Part shown: piece by piece, positions 17,680 to 27,205 of the stretch
Position numbering within the stretch: position 1 is the stretch's first letter
Layout: each line of letters opens with the position of its first letter
From: Escherichia phage HZ2R8
DNA: 39,482 bases
Sequence record: NC_047923.1
Direction: 5' to 3' (one strand)
The notes under the pieces: model-generated
The model's input: only the letters and a program-made list of their open reading frames with translations
The model's database searches: none
What the model was told of the DNA's origin: nothing
Translations under genes and position numbers: made by a program

Positions 17680-19794
17680 ATGATCGTTTCTGACATCGAA
17701 GCTAACGCCCTCTTAGAGAGCGTCACTAAGTTCCACTGCGGGGTTATCTACGACTACTCCACCGCTGAGTACGTAAGCTACCGTCCGAGTGACTTCGGTG
17801 CGTATCTGGATGCGCTGGAAGCCGAGGTTGCACGAGGCGGTCTTATTGTGTTCCACAACGGTCACAAGTATGACGTTCCAGCATTGACCAAACTGGCTAA
17901 GTTACAGCTTAACCGTGAGTTCCACCTTCCCCGTGAGAACTGTATCGACACCCTTGTGCTGTCACGCTTGATTCACTCTAACCTGAAGGACACCGATATG
18001 GGTCTTCTGCGTTCCGGTAAACTGCCGGGGAAACGCTTTGGGTCTCACGCTTTGGAGGCGTGGGGTTATCGCTTAGGCGAAATGAAGGGTGAATACAAGG
18101 ACGACTTTAAGCGTATGCTCGAAGAGCAAGGTGAAGAATACGTTGACGGAATGGAGTGGTGGAACTTCAACGAAGAGATGATGGCCTATAACGTTCAGGA
18201 CGTTGTGGTCACTAAGGCTCTCCTTGAGAAGCTACTCTCTGACAAACATTACTTCCCTCCTGAGATTGACTTTACGGACGTAGGCTACACTACGTTCTGG
18301 TCAGAATCCCTTGAGGCCGTTGATGTTGAACATCGTGCTGCGTGGCTGCTCGCTAAGCAAGAGCGCAATGGATTCCCGTTTGACACGAAAGCAATCGAAG
18401 AGTTGTACGTAGAGTTAGCTGCTCGACGCTCTGAGTTGCTCCGTAAATTGACCGAAACGTTCGGCTCGTGGTATCAGCCTAAAGGTGGCACAGAAATGTT
18501 CTGCCATCCGAGGACTGGTAAGCCATTGCCTAAATACCCTCGCATTAAGACACCTAAAGTTGGTGGTATCTTTAAGAAGCCTAAGAACAAGGCACAGCGA
18601 GAGGGCCGTGAGCCTTGTGAACTGGATACCCGTGAATACGTTGCTGGTGCTCCATATACTCCTGTAGAGCACGTAGTGTTTAACCCTTCGTCCCGTGACC
18701 ACATTCAGAAGAAACTTCAAGAGGCTGGATGGGTCCCCACGAAGTACACCGATAAGGGTGCGCCTGTGGTGGACGATGAGGTACTCGAAGGAGTACGTGT
18801 AGATGACCCTGAGAAGCAAGCCGCTATCGACCTTATTAAAGAATACCTGATGATTCAGAAGAGAATCGGTCAGTCTGCTGAGGGAGACAAGGCATGGCTT
18901 CGTTACGTTGCTGAGGATGGTAAAATTCATGGTTCTGTTAACCCTAATGGAGCAGTTACGGGTCGTGCTACCCATGCGTTCCCCAACCTTGCGCAAATTC
19001 CGGGTGTACGTTCTCCTTATGGTGAGCAGTGCCGCGCTGCTTTTGGCGCTGAACATCACCTAGATGGACTTACAGGTAAGCCTTGGGTTCAGGCTGGTAT
19101 AGACGCCTCAGGTCTGGAGTTACGTTGCTTGGCCCACTTCATGGCTCGCTTTGACAACGGTGAGTACGCTCACGAGATTCTTAATGGTGACATTCACACT
19201 AAGAATCAGATAGCTGCCGAATTGCCTACCCGTGATAACGCCAAGACGTTCATCTATGGGTTCCTCTATGGTGCTGGTGATGAGAAGATTGGACAGATTG
19301 TAGGTGCTGGTAAAGAGCGCGGTAAGGAACTCAAGAAGAAATTCCTTGAGAACACCCCTGCGATTGCGGCACTCCGAGAGTCTATCCAACAGACACTTGT
19401 TGAGTCCTCTCAGTGGGTAGCTGGTGAACAGCAAGTCAAGTGGAAACGCCGCTGGATTAAAGGTATGGATGGTCGTAAGGTACACGTCCGTAGTCCTCAC
19501 GCTGCCCTGAATACCCTACTGCAATCCGCTGGTGCTCTAATCTGCAAACTGTGGATTATCAAGACCGAAGAGATGCTCGTAGAGAAAGGCTTGAAGCATG
19601 GTTGGGATGGGGACTTTGCGTACATGGCATGGGTCCACGATGAGATTCAGGTAGGTTGTCGTACCGAAGAGATTGCTCAGGTGGTCATTGAGACTGCACA
19701 GGAAGCGATGCGCTGGGTAGGAGACCACTGGAACTTCCGGTGTCTTCTGGATACCGAAGGTAAGATGGGTCCTAATTGGGCCGTATGTCACTGA
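17680..19794 (+). CDS. 5: DNA polymerase (family A, gp5)
   Basis: 704-aa ORF near-identical to T7 DNA polymerase, same length. Confidence 0.97.
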   Translation: MIVSDIEANALLESVTKFHCGVIYDYSTAEYVSYRPSDFGAYLDALEAEVARGGLIVFHNGHKYDVPALTKLAKLQLNREFHLPRENCIDTLVLSRLIHSNLKDTDMGLLRSGKLPGKRFGSHALEAWGYRLGEMKGEYKDDFKRMLEEQGEEYVDGMEWWNFNEEMMAYNVQDVVVTKALLEKLLSDKHYFPPEIDFTDVGYTTFWSESLEAVDVEHRAAWLLAKQERNGFPFDTKAIEELYVELAARRSELLRKLTETFGSWYQPKGGTEMFCHPRTGKPLPKYPRIKTPKVGGIFKKPKNKAQREGREPCELDTREYVAGAPYTPVEHVVFNPSSRDHIQKKLQEAGWVPTKYTDKGAPVVDDEVLEGVRVDDPEKQAAIDLIKEYLMIQKRIGQSAEGDKAWLRYVAEDGKIHGSVNPNGAVTGRATHAFPNLAQIPGVRSPYGEQCRAAFGAEHHLDGLTGKPWVQAGIDASGLELRCLAHFMARFDNGEYAHEILNGDIHTKNQIAAELPTRDNAKTFIYGFLYGAGDEKIGQIVGAGKERGKELKKKFLENTPAIAALRESIQQTLVESSQWVAGEQQVKWKRRWIKGMDGRKVHVRSPHAALNTLLQSAGALICKLWIIKTEEMLVEKGLKHGWDGDFAYMAWVHDEIQVGCRTEEIAQVVIETAQEAMRWVGDHWNFRCLLDTEGKMGPNWAVCH

Positions 19795-19813
19795 TTCTAT
19801 AGGAGAAATTATT

Positions 19814-20110
19814 ATGGCTATCACTAAGAAATTTAAAGTGTCCTTCGACGTTACCCTTAAGCTGGATAGTGAGACCGAAGAAATGATGCGCGAAAAGATT
19901 TTGGACCTTGCACATCGTGCTGGTGATGGTAAGGAGATTGCGCCTATGGACCGAGAGATGCTCGTTCAGGCCCTTACTCACGGCCCAGACGGTGCTGCTG
20001 CTTTTGTTGTACGTCAAGGACTCCGCAATGCCATCAAGGAGATGTTCGAAGAGATGGATGATGCGTCCTTGTTCAAAGCATCCCCAGCCACTGTACGGGA
20101 GGTGTTCTGA
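19814..20110 (+). CDS. 5.5: gp5.5 (H-NS-binding protein in T7)
   Basis: 98-aa ORF matching T7 gp5.5 as recalled. Confidence 0.8.
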   Translation: MAITKKFKVSFDVTLKLDSETEEMMREKILDLAHRAGDGKEIAPMDREMLVQALTHGPDGAAAFVVRQGLRNAIKEMFEEMDDASLFKASPATVREVF

Positions 20111-20319
20111 TGTCTGACTATCTGAAAGTGCTGCAAGCAATCAAAAGTTGCCCTAAGACTTTCCAGTCCAACTATGTACGGAACAATGCGAGCCTCGTAG
20201 CGGAGGCCGCTTCCCGTGGTCACATCTCGTGCCTGACTACGAGTGGGCGCAACGGCGGTGCTTGGGAAATTACCGCTTCCGGTACTCGCTTTCTGAAACG
20301 AATGGGAGGGTGTGTCTGA
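20110..20319 (+). CDS. 5.7: gp5.7-like protein
   Basis: 69-aa ORF; start overlaps the 5.5 stop. Confidence 0.75.
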   Translation: MSDYLKVLQAIKSCPKTFQSNYVRNNASLVAEAASRGHISCLTTSGRNGGAWEITASGTRFLKRMGGCV

Positions 20320-20477
20320 TGGTTCGTGACACTGTAACAATTCCTCGTGATGCGTGGAACGATATGCAGGGCTACATCGACTCTCTGGAACGTGAGAACG
20401 ATAGCCTTAAGAATCAACTGATGGAGGCTGACGAATACGTGGCTGAACTAGAGGAGAAACTTAATGGCACTCCTTGA
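20319..20477 (+). CDS. 5.9: gp5.9 (RecBCD inhibitor in T7)
   Basis: Internal ATG of ORF 20229..20477 gives 52 aa MVRDTVTIPRDAWNDMQGYIDSLERENDSLKNQLMEADEYVAELEEKLNGTP. Confidence 0.7.
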   Translation: MVRDTVTIPRDAWNDMQGYIDSLERENDSLKNQLMEADEYVAELEEKLNGTP

Positions 20478-21366
20478 CCTTAAACAATTCTATGAGTTAC
20501 GCGAAGGCTGTGACGACAAGGGCATCCTCGTGATGGATGGTGACTGGTTGGTCTTCCAAGCTATGAGTGCTGCTGAGTTTGATGCCTCTTGGGAGGAAGA
20601 GATTTGGCACCGCTGCTGCGACCACGCTAAGGCCCGTCAGATTCTTGAGGATTCCATTAAGTCCTACGAGACCCGCAAGAAGGCTTGGATAGGCGCTCCG
20701 ATTGTCCTTGCGTTCACCGATAGCGTTAACTGGCGTAAAGAACTGGTTGACCCGAACTACAAGGCTAACCGTAAGGCAACGAAGAAACCTGTGGGTTACT
20801 TTGAGTTCCTTGATGCCCTCTTTGAGCGAGAAGAGTTCTACTGCATACGTGAGCCTATGCTTGAGGGTGATGACGTTATGGGAGTTATCGCTTCCAATCC
20901 GTCTGCATTCGGTGCTCGTAAGGCTGTAATCATCTCGTGCGATAAGGACTTTAAGACAATCCCTAACTGTGACTTCCTGTGGTGTACCACTGGTAACATC
21001 CTGACTCAGACCGAAGAGTCCGCTGACTGGTGGCACCTCTTCCAGACCATCAAAGGTGACATTACCGATGGTTACTCTGGGATTGCCGGATGGGGCGATA
21101 CCGCTGAGGACTTCTTGAATAACCCGTTCATAACCGAGCCTAAAACGTCTGTGCTTAAGTCTGGGAAGAACAAAGGCCAAGAGGTTACCAAGTGGGTTAA
21201 ACGTGCCCCTGAGCCTCATGAGACGCTTTGGGACTGCATTAAGTCCATCGGTGCTAAGGCTGGTATGACCGAAGAGGACGTTATCAAGCAGGGCCAGATG
21301 GCTCGCATCCTACGGTTCAATGAGTACAACTTTATTGACAAGGAGATTTACCTGTGGCGACCGTAG
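20464..21366 (+). CDS. 6: 5'-3' exonuclease (gp6)
   Basis: 300-aa ORF near-identical to T7 gp6. Confidence 0.95.
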   Translation: MALLDLKQFYELREGCDDKGILVMDGDWLVFQAMSAAEFDASWEEEIWHRCCDHAKARQILEDSIKSYETRKKAWIGAPIVLAFTDSVNWRKELVDPNYKANRKATKKPVGYFEFLDALFEREEFYCIREPMLEGDDVMGVIASNPSAFGARKAVIISCDKDFKTIPNCDFLWCTTGNILTQTEESADWWHLFQTIKGDITDGYSGIAGWGDTAEDFLNNPFITEPKTSVLKSGKNKGQEVTKWVKRAPEPHETLWDCIKSIGAKAGMTEEDVIKQGQMARILRFNEYNFIDKEIYLWRP

Positions 21367-21467
21367 CGTATATTGGCATTGGTCTTTGTGTCCTAGGAAT
21401 GTGCCTCATTGCGTGGGGCCTCTGGGATTTAGCCCGAATAATCAAGGCGTTACAAGACTCTAAGTGA
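21354..21467 (+). CDS. 6.3: gp6.3-like small hydrophobic protein
   Basis: 37-aa ORF from GTG at 21354 with AGGAGA SD; hand-translated. Confidence 0.4.
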   Translation: MATVAYIGIGLCVLGMCLIAWGLWDLARIIKALQDSK

Positions 21468-21470
21468 TAA

Positions 21471-21525
21471 ACTCAAGGTCCCTAAATTAATACGACTCAC
21501 TATAGGGAGATAGGGGCCTTTATGA
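21471..21525 (+). promoter_or_regulatory. RNase III-type hairpin (R6.5-like) with the phi6.5 promoter in its loop
   Basis: ACTCAAGGTCCC[...promoter...]AGGGGCCTTTATGATTA. Confidence 0.55.
21488..21510 (+). promoter_or_regulatory. Phage RNAP promoter phi6.5 (perfect consensus), within the loop of an RNase III-type hairpin
   Basis: TAATACGACTCACTATAGGGAGA. Confidence 0.9.
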
Positions 21526-21564
21526 TTATTACTTTAAGATTTAACTCTAAGAGGAATCTTTATT

Positions 21565-21819
21565 ATGCTAACACCTATTAACCATTTACTTAAGAACCCT
21601 AACGATATTCCAGACGTGCCTCGTGCAACCGCTGAGTATCTACAGGTTCGATTCAACCATGCGTATCTCGAAGCGTCTGGTCATATAGGATTTATGCGTG
21701 CTAGTGGTTGTAGTGAAGCCCACATCTTGGGTTTCATTCAGGGCCTACAGTATGCCTCTAACATCATTGACGAGATTGAGATGCGTAAGGAACAACTAAG
21801 AGAAGATGGGGAGGATTGA
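21565..21819 (+). CDS. 6.5: gp6.5-like protein
   Basis: 84-aa ORF downstream of phi6.5. Confidence 0.7.
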   Translation: MLTPINHLLKNPNDIPDVPRATAEYLQVRFNHAYLEASGHIGFMRASGCSEAHILGFIQGLQYASNIIDEIEMRKEQLREDGED

Positions 21820-21823
21820 CCTT

Positions 21824-22090
21824 ATGTGTTTCTCACCGAAAGTTAAAGTTCCGAAGATGGATACCAATCAGGTTCGAGCCGTTGAACCAGCGCCACTGAC
21901 CCAAGAAGTCTCAGGCGTGGAGTTCGGTGGGTCTTCTGATGAGACGGATACCGAGGGCACCGAAGTGTCTGGACGCAAAGACCTCAAGGTCGAACGCGAT
22001 GATTCCGTAGCGAAGTCTAAAGCAAGCGGTACTGGCTCAGCTCGTATGAAATCTTCAATCCGTAAGTCTGCATTCGGAGGTAAGAAGTAA
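21824..22090 (+). CDS. 6.7: gp6.7-like virion protein
   Basis: Internal ATG of ORF 21806..22090 with GGGGAGGA SD; MCFSPKVKVPKMDTNQVRAVEP... Confidence 0.7.
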   Translation: MCFSPKVKVPKMDTNQVRAVEPAPLTQEVSGVEFGGSSDETDTEGTEVSGRKDLKVERDDSVAKSKASGTGSARMKSSIRKSAFGGKK

Positions 22091-22491
22091 TGTCTGAGTT
22101 CACATGTGTGGAGGCGAAAAGTCGCTTCCGTGCAATCCAATGGACTGTAGAGCGCCTTGGGTTGCCTAAGGGATTCGAAGGACACTTTATTGGTTACAGC
22201 CTCTACGTTGACGAAGTTATGGACATGTCTGGTTGTCATGAAGAGTACATTCTTGACTCTACCGGAAAACATGTAGCGTACTTCGCGTGGTGCGTAAGCT
22301 GTGACATTCACCATAAAGGTGACATTCTGGATGTAACGTCCGTTGTCATTAATCCTGAGGCAGACTCTAAAGGCTTACAGCGATTCTTAGCGAAACGCTT
22401 TAAGTACCTTGCAGAACTACACGATTGCGATTGGGTGTCCCGCTGCAAACATGAAGGCGAGACAGTGCGTGTATACTTTAAGGAGGTATAA
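22090..22491 (+). CDS. 7: gp7-like virion protein
   Basis: 133-aa ORF; start overlaps the 6.7 stop. Confidence 0.8.
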   Translation: MSEFTCVEAKSRFRAIQWTVERLGLPKGFEGHFIGYSLYVDEVMDMSGCHEEYILDSTGKHVAYFAWCVSCDIHHKGDILDVTSVVINPEADSKGLQRFLAKRFKYLAELHDCDWVSRCKHEGETVRVYFKEV

Positions 22492-22494
22492 GTT

Positions 22495-22803
22495 ATGGGT
22501 AAGAAAATTAAGAAGGCCGTGAAGAAAGTCACTAAGTCCGTTAAGAAAGTCGTTAAGGAAGTGGCTCGTCCGGTTAAACAGGTTGCCAGTGGTCTGGCTG
22601 GTGGTGCTGGTGAGGCACAGGTAGTCGAAGTGCCAACTCCTACTGCCGCTGCTACTCCTGCTGCACAGATTGTGGACGTACCTGAGAAAGAGGTTTCCAC
22701 TGAGGACGAAGCACAGACCGAAAGCGGACGTAAGAAAGCCCGTGCTGGTGGTAAGAAGTCCTTAAGTGTGGCTCGTAGCTCCGGTGGCGGCATCAATATT
22801 TAA
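22495..22803 (+). CDS. 7.3: gp7.3-like tail protein
   Basis: 102-aa Lys/Ala-rich ORF MGKKIKKAVKKVTKSVKKVVKE... Confidence 0.8.
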   Translation: MGKKIKKAVKKVTKSVKKVVKEVARPVKQVASGLAGGAGEAQVVEVPTPTAAATPAAQIVDVPEKEVSTEDEAQTESGRKKARAGGKKSLSVARSSGGGINI

Positions 22804-22817
22804 GCAGGAGGTGACAC

Positions 22818-23210
22818 ATGGAGAATTGCATCGAGTGGACTAAAGGTACTAACCAGAAGGGTTACGGTAGGAAGTGGGTTGATGGTAAGTTGGTTTCTGC
22901 GCATCGCCACGCCTATGAAGAAGTACACGGTCCTATTCCAGATGGTCTTGTAGTGATGCATCTCTGTGACAATCCTAGATGTTATAACGTGGAGCACTTG
23001 ACTCTTGGGACTCATGCAGACAACTCAGATGACAAGGTGCGTAAAGGTAGACAAGCAAAAGGTGAAACTCTAAGTAATAAACTTACTGAGACAGATGTTT
23101 TGACCATTCGCGCCTTAGACCTACCACATGCTGAGATAGCCAAGATATACGGTGTTAGTCAATCCACCATAACTCGCATAATTAGACGCGACACATGGAG
23201 GCATATCTAA
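22818..23210 (+). CDS. 7.7: HNH endonuclease (gp7.7 position; HNH_3-type with C-terminal HTH)
   Basis: 130-aa ORF; motif VVMHLCDNPRCYNVEHL; paralog of 2887..3330; stop overlaps the gene 8 start. Confidence 0.8.
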   Translation: MENCIEWTKGTNQKGYGRKWVDGKLVSAHRHAYEEVHGPIPDGLVVMHLCDNPRCYNVEHLTLGTHADNSDDKVRKGRQAKGETLSNKLTETDVLTIRALDLPHAEIAKIYGVSQSTITRIIRRDTWRHI

Positions 23211-24820
23211 TGGCTGAGAAACGAACAGGACTTGCGGAGGATGGCGCAAAGTCTGTCTATGAGCGTTTAAAGAACGACCGTGCGCCTTATGAGACGCGTG
23301 CCCAGAATTGCGCTCAATATACCATCCCATCATTGTTCCCTAAGGACTCCGATAACGCCTCTACAGACTACACAACTCCGTGGCAAGCCGTGGGTGCTCG
23401 TGGTCTAAACAATCTAGCATCTAAGCTCATGCTGGCCCTGTTCCCGATGCAGACTTGGATGCGACTTACTATATCTGAATATGAAGCAAAGCAGCTACTG
23501 AGTGACCCAGATGGACTCGCTAAGGTTGATGAGGGCCTCTCAATGGTAGAGCGCATCATTATGAACTACATTGAGTCTAACAGCTACCGAGTGACACTCT
23601 TTGAGGCTCTCAAGCAGTTAGTCGTTGCTGGTAACGTCCTGCTGTACCTACCGGAACCAGAAGGGTCGAACTATAATCCCATGAAGCTGTACCGATTGTC
23701 TTCTTATGTGGTCCAACGAGACGCATTCGGCAACGTTCTGCAAATGGTGACTCGCGACCAGATAGCTTTCGGGGCACTCCCTGAGGATGTCCGTAAGGCT
23801 GTAGAAGGCCAAGGTGGTGAGAAGAAACCTGATGAGACCATTGATGTGTACACTCACGTCTATCTGGACGAAGAATCAGGAGAGTATCTCCGCTACGAAG
23901 AGGTTGAAGGTATGGAAATTCAAGGCTCCGATGGGTCTTACCCTAAAGAGGCTTGTCCGTACATCCCGATTCGAATGGTTCGACTAGATGGTGAATCATA
24001 CGGTCGTTCGTACATTGAGGAATACTTAGGCGACTTACGGTCCCTTGAGAATCTCCAAGAGGCTATCGTTAAGATGTCCATGATTAGCTCTAAGGTTATC
24101 GGCTTAGTGAACCCTGCTGGTATTACCCAGCCACGCCGACTGACTAAAGCTCAGACTGGTGACTTCGTTACAGGTCGCCCAGAAGACATCTCGTTCCTAC
24201 AATTGGAGAAGCAAGCGGACTTTACTGTGGCTAAGGCAGTCAGTGACGCTATCGAGGCTCGCCTTTCGTTTGCCTTTATGTTGAACTCTGCGGTTCAGCG
24301 CACTGGTGAACGTGTGACCGCCGAAGAGATTCGGTACGTTGCGTCAGAACTTGAAGACACTTTGGGTGGTGTCTACTCAATCCTTTCTCAAGAATTACAA
24401 TTGCCTCTGGTACGAGTGCTCTTGAAGCAACTGCAAGCCACGCAACAGATTCCTGAGTTACCTAAGGAAGCCGTAGAGCCGACCATTAGTACAGGTCTGG
24501 AAGCAATCGGTCGTGGTCAAGACCTAGATAAGCTGGAACGTTGTGTCTCTGCATGGGCTGCTCTGGCCCCTATGCGTGATGACCCAGACATTAACCTTGC
24601 GATGATTAAGTTACGCATTGCCAACGCTATCGGTATTGACACTTCTGGCATCCTTCTTACCGAAGAGCAGAAGCAACAGAAGATGGCTCAACAGTCTGTG
24701 CAAATGGGTATGGACAATGGTGCTGCTGCGCTTGGTCAAGGTATGGCTGCACAGGCTACAGCTTCACCTGAGGCTATGGCTGCTGCCGCTGATTCCGTAG
24801 GTTTACAGCCGGGAATTTAA
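23210..24820 (+). CDS. 8: Portal (head-tail connector) protein (gp8)
   Basis: ATG at 23210 gives 536 aa MAEKRTGLAEDGAKSVYERL..., near-identical to T7 gp8; ORF-track start 23195 is upstream. Confidence 0.95.
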   Translation: MAEKRTGLAEDGAKSVYERLKNDRAPYETRAQNCAQYTIPSLFPKDSDNASTDYTTPWQAVGARGLNNLASKLMLALFPMQTWMRLTISEYEAKQLLSDPDGLAKVDEGLSMVERIIMNYIESNSYRVTLFEALKQLVVAGNVLLYLPEPEGSNYNPMKLYRLSSYVVQRDAFGNVLQMVTRDQIAFGALPEDVRKAVEGQGGEKKPDETIDVYTHVYLDEESGEYLRYEEVEGMEIQGSDGSYPKEACPYIPIRMVRLDGESYGRSYIEEYLGDLRSLENLQEAIVKMSMISSKVIGLVNPAGITQPRRLTKAQTGDFVTGRPEDISFLQLEKQADFTVAKAVSDAIEARLSFAFMLNSAVQRTGERVTAEEIRYVASELEDTLGGVYSILSQELQLPLVRVLLKQLQATQQIPELPKEAVEPTISTGLEAIGRGQDLDKLERCVSAWAALAPMRDDPDINLAMIKLRIANAIGIDTSGILLTEEQKQQKMAQQSVQMGMDNGAAALGQGMAAQATASPEAMAAAADSVGLQPGI

Positions 24821-24840
24821 TACGACTCACTATAGGGAGA
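24818..24840 (+). promoter_or_regulatory. Phage RNAP promoter phi9 (perfect consensus)
   Basis: TAATACGACTCACTATAGGGAGA; overlaps the gene 8 stop. Confidence 0.9.
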
Positions 24841-24925
24841 CCATCCAGATTGAGTGAGGTCTGGTCTCAAGGTTCGAGTCCTTGGGTGTCCCTTAGTTCT
24901 TTAAATTGGAATGGAGATAACAATA

Positions 24926-25849
24926 ATGGCTGAATCTAATGCTGATGTATACGCGTCCTTTGGCGTAAACTCCGCTGTGATGTCTGGTGGTTCCGTTGAG
25001 GAACACGAGCAGAATATGCTGGCTCTGGATGTTGCTGCCCGTGATGGCGATGATGCAATCGAGTTAGCGTCTGACGAAGTGGAAACTGAGCGTGACCTGT
25101 ATGACAACTCTGACCCATTCGGTCAAGAGGACGATGAGGGACGCATTCAGGTTCGCATTGGTGATGGTTCTGAGCCGACTGATGTGGACACTGGGGAAGA
25201 AGGTTTTGATGGCACAGAAGGTTCCGAAGAGTTTACCCCGCTCGGTGAAACTCCAGAAGAACTGGTAGCCGCCTCTGAGCAACTTGGTGAGCACGAAGAG
25301 GGCTTCCAAGAGATGATTAACATTGCTGCCGAGCGCGGTATGAGTGCTGAGACCATTGAGGCAATCCAGCGTGAGTACGAGGAGAACGAAGAGTTATCCG
25401 ATGCGTCATACGCTAAGCTGGCTGAAATTGGTTACACTAAGGCTTTCATCGACTCGTACATTCGTGGTCAAGAAGCTCTGGTGGAGCAGTACGTAAACAG
25501 TGTCATTGAGTACGCTGGTGGTCGTGAGCGTTTTGACGCGCTGTACAATCACCTTGAGACGCACAACCCTGAGGCTGCACAGTCGCTGGACAATGCGTTG
25601 ACCAATCGTGACTTAGCGACCGTTAAGGCTATCATCAACTTGGCTGGTGAGTCTCGTGCTAAGGCGTTCGGTCGTAAGCCAACTCGCAGTGTGACTAATC
25701 GCGCTATTCCTGCTAAACCTCAAGCGACTAAGCGTGAAGGCTTTTCTGACCGTAGCGAGATGATTAAGGCTATGAGTGACCCTCGGTATCGTACAGATGC
25801 AAACTATCGTCGTCAAGTCGAACAGAAAGTAATCGACTCGAACTTCTGA
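24926..25849 (+). CDS. 9: Scaffolding protein (gp9)
   Basis: ATG at 24926 with GGAGA SD; acidic 307-aa protein MAESNADVYASFGVNS... Confidence 0.9.
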   Translation: MAESNADVYASFGVNSAVMSGGSVEEHEQNMLALDVAARDGDDAIELASDEVETERDLYDNSDPFGQEDDEGRIQVRIGDGSEPTDVDTGEEGFDGTEGSEEFTPLGETPEELVAASEQLGEHEEGFQEMINIAAERGMSAETIEAIQREYEENEELSDASYAKLAEIGYTKAFIDSYIRGQEALVEQYVNSVIEYAGGRERFDALYNHLETHNPEAAQSLDNALTNRDLATVKAIINLAGESRAKAFGRKPTRSVTNRAIPAKPQATKREGFSDRSEMIKAMSDPRYRTDANYRRQVEQKVIDSNF

Positions 25850-25862
25850 TAGACTCTGAAAT

Positions 25863-25885
25863 TAATACGACTCACTATAGGGAGA
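25863..25885 (+). promoter_or_regulatory. Phage RNAP promoter phi10 (perfect consensus) with leader hairpin 25880-25900
   Basis: TAATACGACTCACTATAGGGAGA followed by GGGAGACCACAAAGGTTTCCC. Confidence 0.92.
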
Positions 25886-25947
25886 CCACAAAGGTTTCCC
25901 TCTAGAAATCATTCTTTGTTTAACTTTCTTAAGAAGGAGACATACAT

Positions 25948-26982
25948 ATGGCTAACATGACTGGTGGACAGCAACTGGGTACTAACCAAGGTAAAGGTGT
26001 AGTTGCTGCTGGTGATAAACTGGCGCTGTTCTTGAAGGTATTTGGCGGTGAAGTCCTGACTGCATTCGCTCGTACCTCCGTGACTACCTCTCGTCACATG
26101 GTCCGCTCCATCTCCAGCGGCAAATCTGCTCAGTTCCCTGTTCTGGGTCGCACTCAGGCAGCGTATCTGGCACCGGGTGAGAACCTCGACGATAAACGAA
26201 AAGACATCAAGCACACCGAGAAGGTCATCACCATTGATGGTCTCCTGACGGCTGACGTTCTGATTTACGATATTGAGGATGCTATGAACCACTACGACGT
26301 TCGCTCTGAGTATACCTCTCAGTTGGGTGAATCTCTGGCGATGGCTGCGGATGGTGCGGTTCTGGCTGAAATTGCTGGCCTGTGTAACGTGGAAAGCCAA
26401 TATGACGAGAACATTGAGGGCCTCGGTACTGCTACAGTAATTGAGACAACTCAGGAAAAGTCTGACCTTACCGACCAAGTTGCGCTGGGTAAGGAGATTA
26501 TTGCGGCTCTGACCAAGGCTCGTGCGGCTCTGACCAAGAACTACGTTCCGGCTGCTGACCGTGTGTTCTACTGTGACCCAGATAGCTACTCTGCGATTCT
26601 GGCAGCACTGATGCCTAATGCTGCAAACTACGCTGCACTGATTGACCCTGAGAAGGGTTCTATCCGCAACGTTATGGATTTTGAGGTTGTAGAAGTTCCT
26701 CACCTCACCGCTGGTGGCGCTGGTACTACTCGCGAGGGTACTACCGGTCAGAAGCACGCCTTCCCTGCCACTAAGAGTGGTAACGACAAGGTGGCTAAAG
26801 ACAACGTTATCGGCCTGTTCATGCATCGTTCTGCGGTTGGTACTGTGAAGCTGCGTGACTTGGCTCTGGAACGTGCTCGTCGAGCTAACTTCCAAGCGGA
26901 CCAGATTATCGCTAAGTACGCAATGGGCCACGGTGGTCTTCGCCCAGAAGCTGCTGGTGCAGTGGTTTTCAAAGCGGGGTAA
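25948..26982 (+). CDS. 10A: Major capsid protein 10A
   Basis: 344-aa ORF after phi10 and its leader hairpin; AAGGAG SD; near-identical to T7 gp10A. Confidence 0.97.
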   Translation: MANMTGGQQLGTNQGKGVVAAGDKLALFLKVFGGEVLTAFARTSVTTSRHMVRSISSGKSAQFPVLGRTQAAYLAPGENLDDKRKDIKHTEKVITIDGLLTADVLIYDIEDAMNHYDVRSEYTSQLGESLAMAADGAVLAEIAGLCNVESQYDENIEGLGTATVIETTQEKSDLTDQVALGKEIIAALTKARAALTKNYVPAADRVFYCDPDSYSAILAALMPNAANYAALIDPEKGSIRNVMDFEVVEVPHLTAGGAGTTREGTTGQKHAFPATKSGNDKVAKDNVIGLFMHRSAVGTVKLRDLALERARRANFQADQIIAKYAMGHGGLRPEAAGAVVFKAG

Positions 26983-27137
26983 TGCAGGAAGTGACCTCAA
27001 CGGTCGCTGCTAGTACCGAAGAGGTAAGCATTACTGCCGAAGAGAGTCTAACTCCAGCACAAAAAGCTGCCCGTACACGCGCTGCTAACAAAGCCCGAAG
27101 GGAAGCAGAGTTGGCTGCTGCTGCCGCTGCTGAGTAA
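25948..27137 (+). CDS. 10B: Minor capsid protein 10B via programmed -1 frameshift near 26966-26972
   Basis: Slippery-like run GGTTTTC at the 10A 3' end; the -1 frame reads ...QSGVMQEVTSTVAASTEEVSITAEESLTPAQKAARTRAANKARREAELAAAAAAE and stops at 27135-27137, just before Tphi. Confidence 0.6.
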
Positions 27138-27140
27138 TAA

Positions 27141-27188
27141 CTAGCATAACCCCTTGGGGCCTCTAAACGGGTCTTGAGGGGTTTTTTG
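27141..27188 (+). terminator. Tphi late terminator for phage RNAP
   Basis: CTAGCATAACCCCTTGGGGCCTCTAAACGGGTCTTGAGGGGTTTTTTG, the classic Tphi hairpin plus U-run, just after the 10B stop. Confidence 0.95.
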
Positions 27189-27205
27189 CTGAAAGGAGGA
27201 ACTAT

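Noticed and set aside
24868-24892. Possible tRNA gene suggested by a perfect T-loop motif GGTTCGAGTCC
   Set aside because: Only 58 nt are available between the phi9 start and the end of the acceptor-like stem; there is no D-arm or anticodon arm. Reported instead as a tRNA-like leader structure.
25909-27000. 363-aa minus-strand ORF antisense to the major capsid gene
   Set aside because: Lies entirely opposite the near-perfectly conserved capsid gene 10A, has no promoter or SD in the right orientation, and T7-like genomes are transcribed from one strand only. Antisense shadow ORF.
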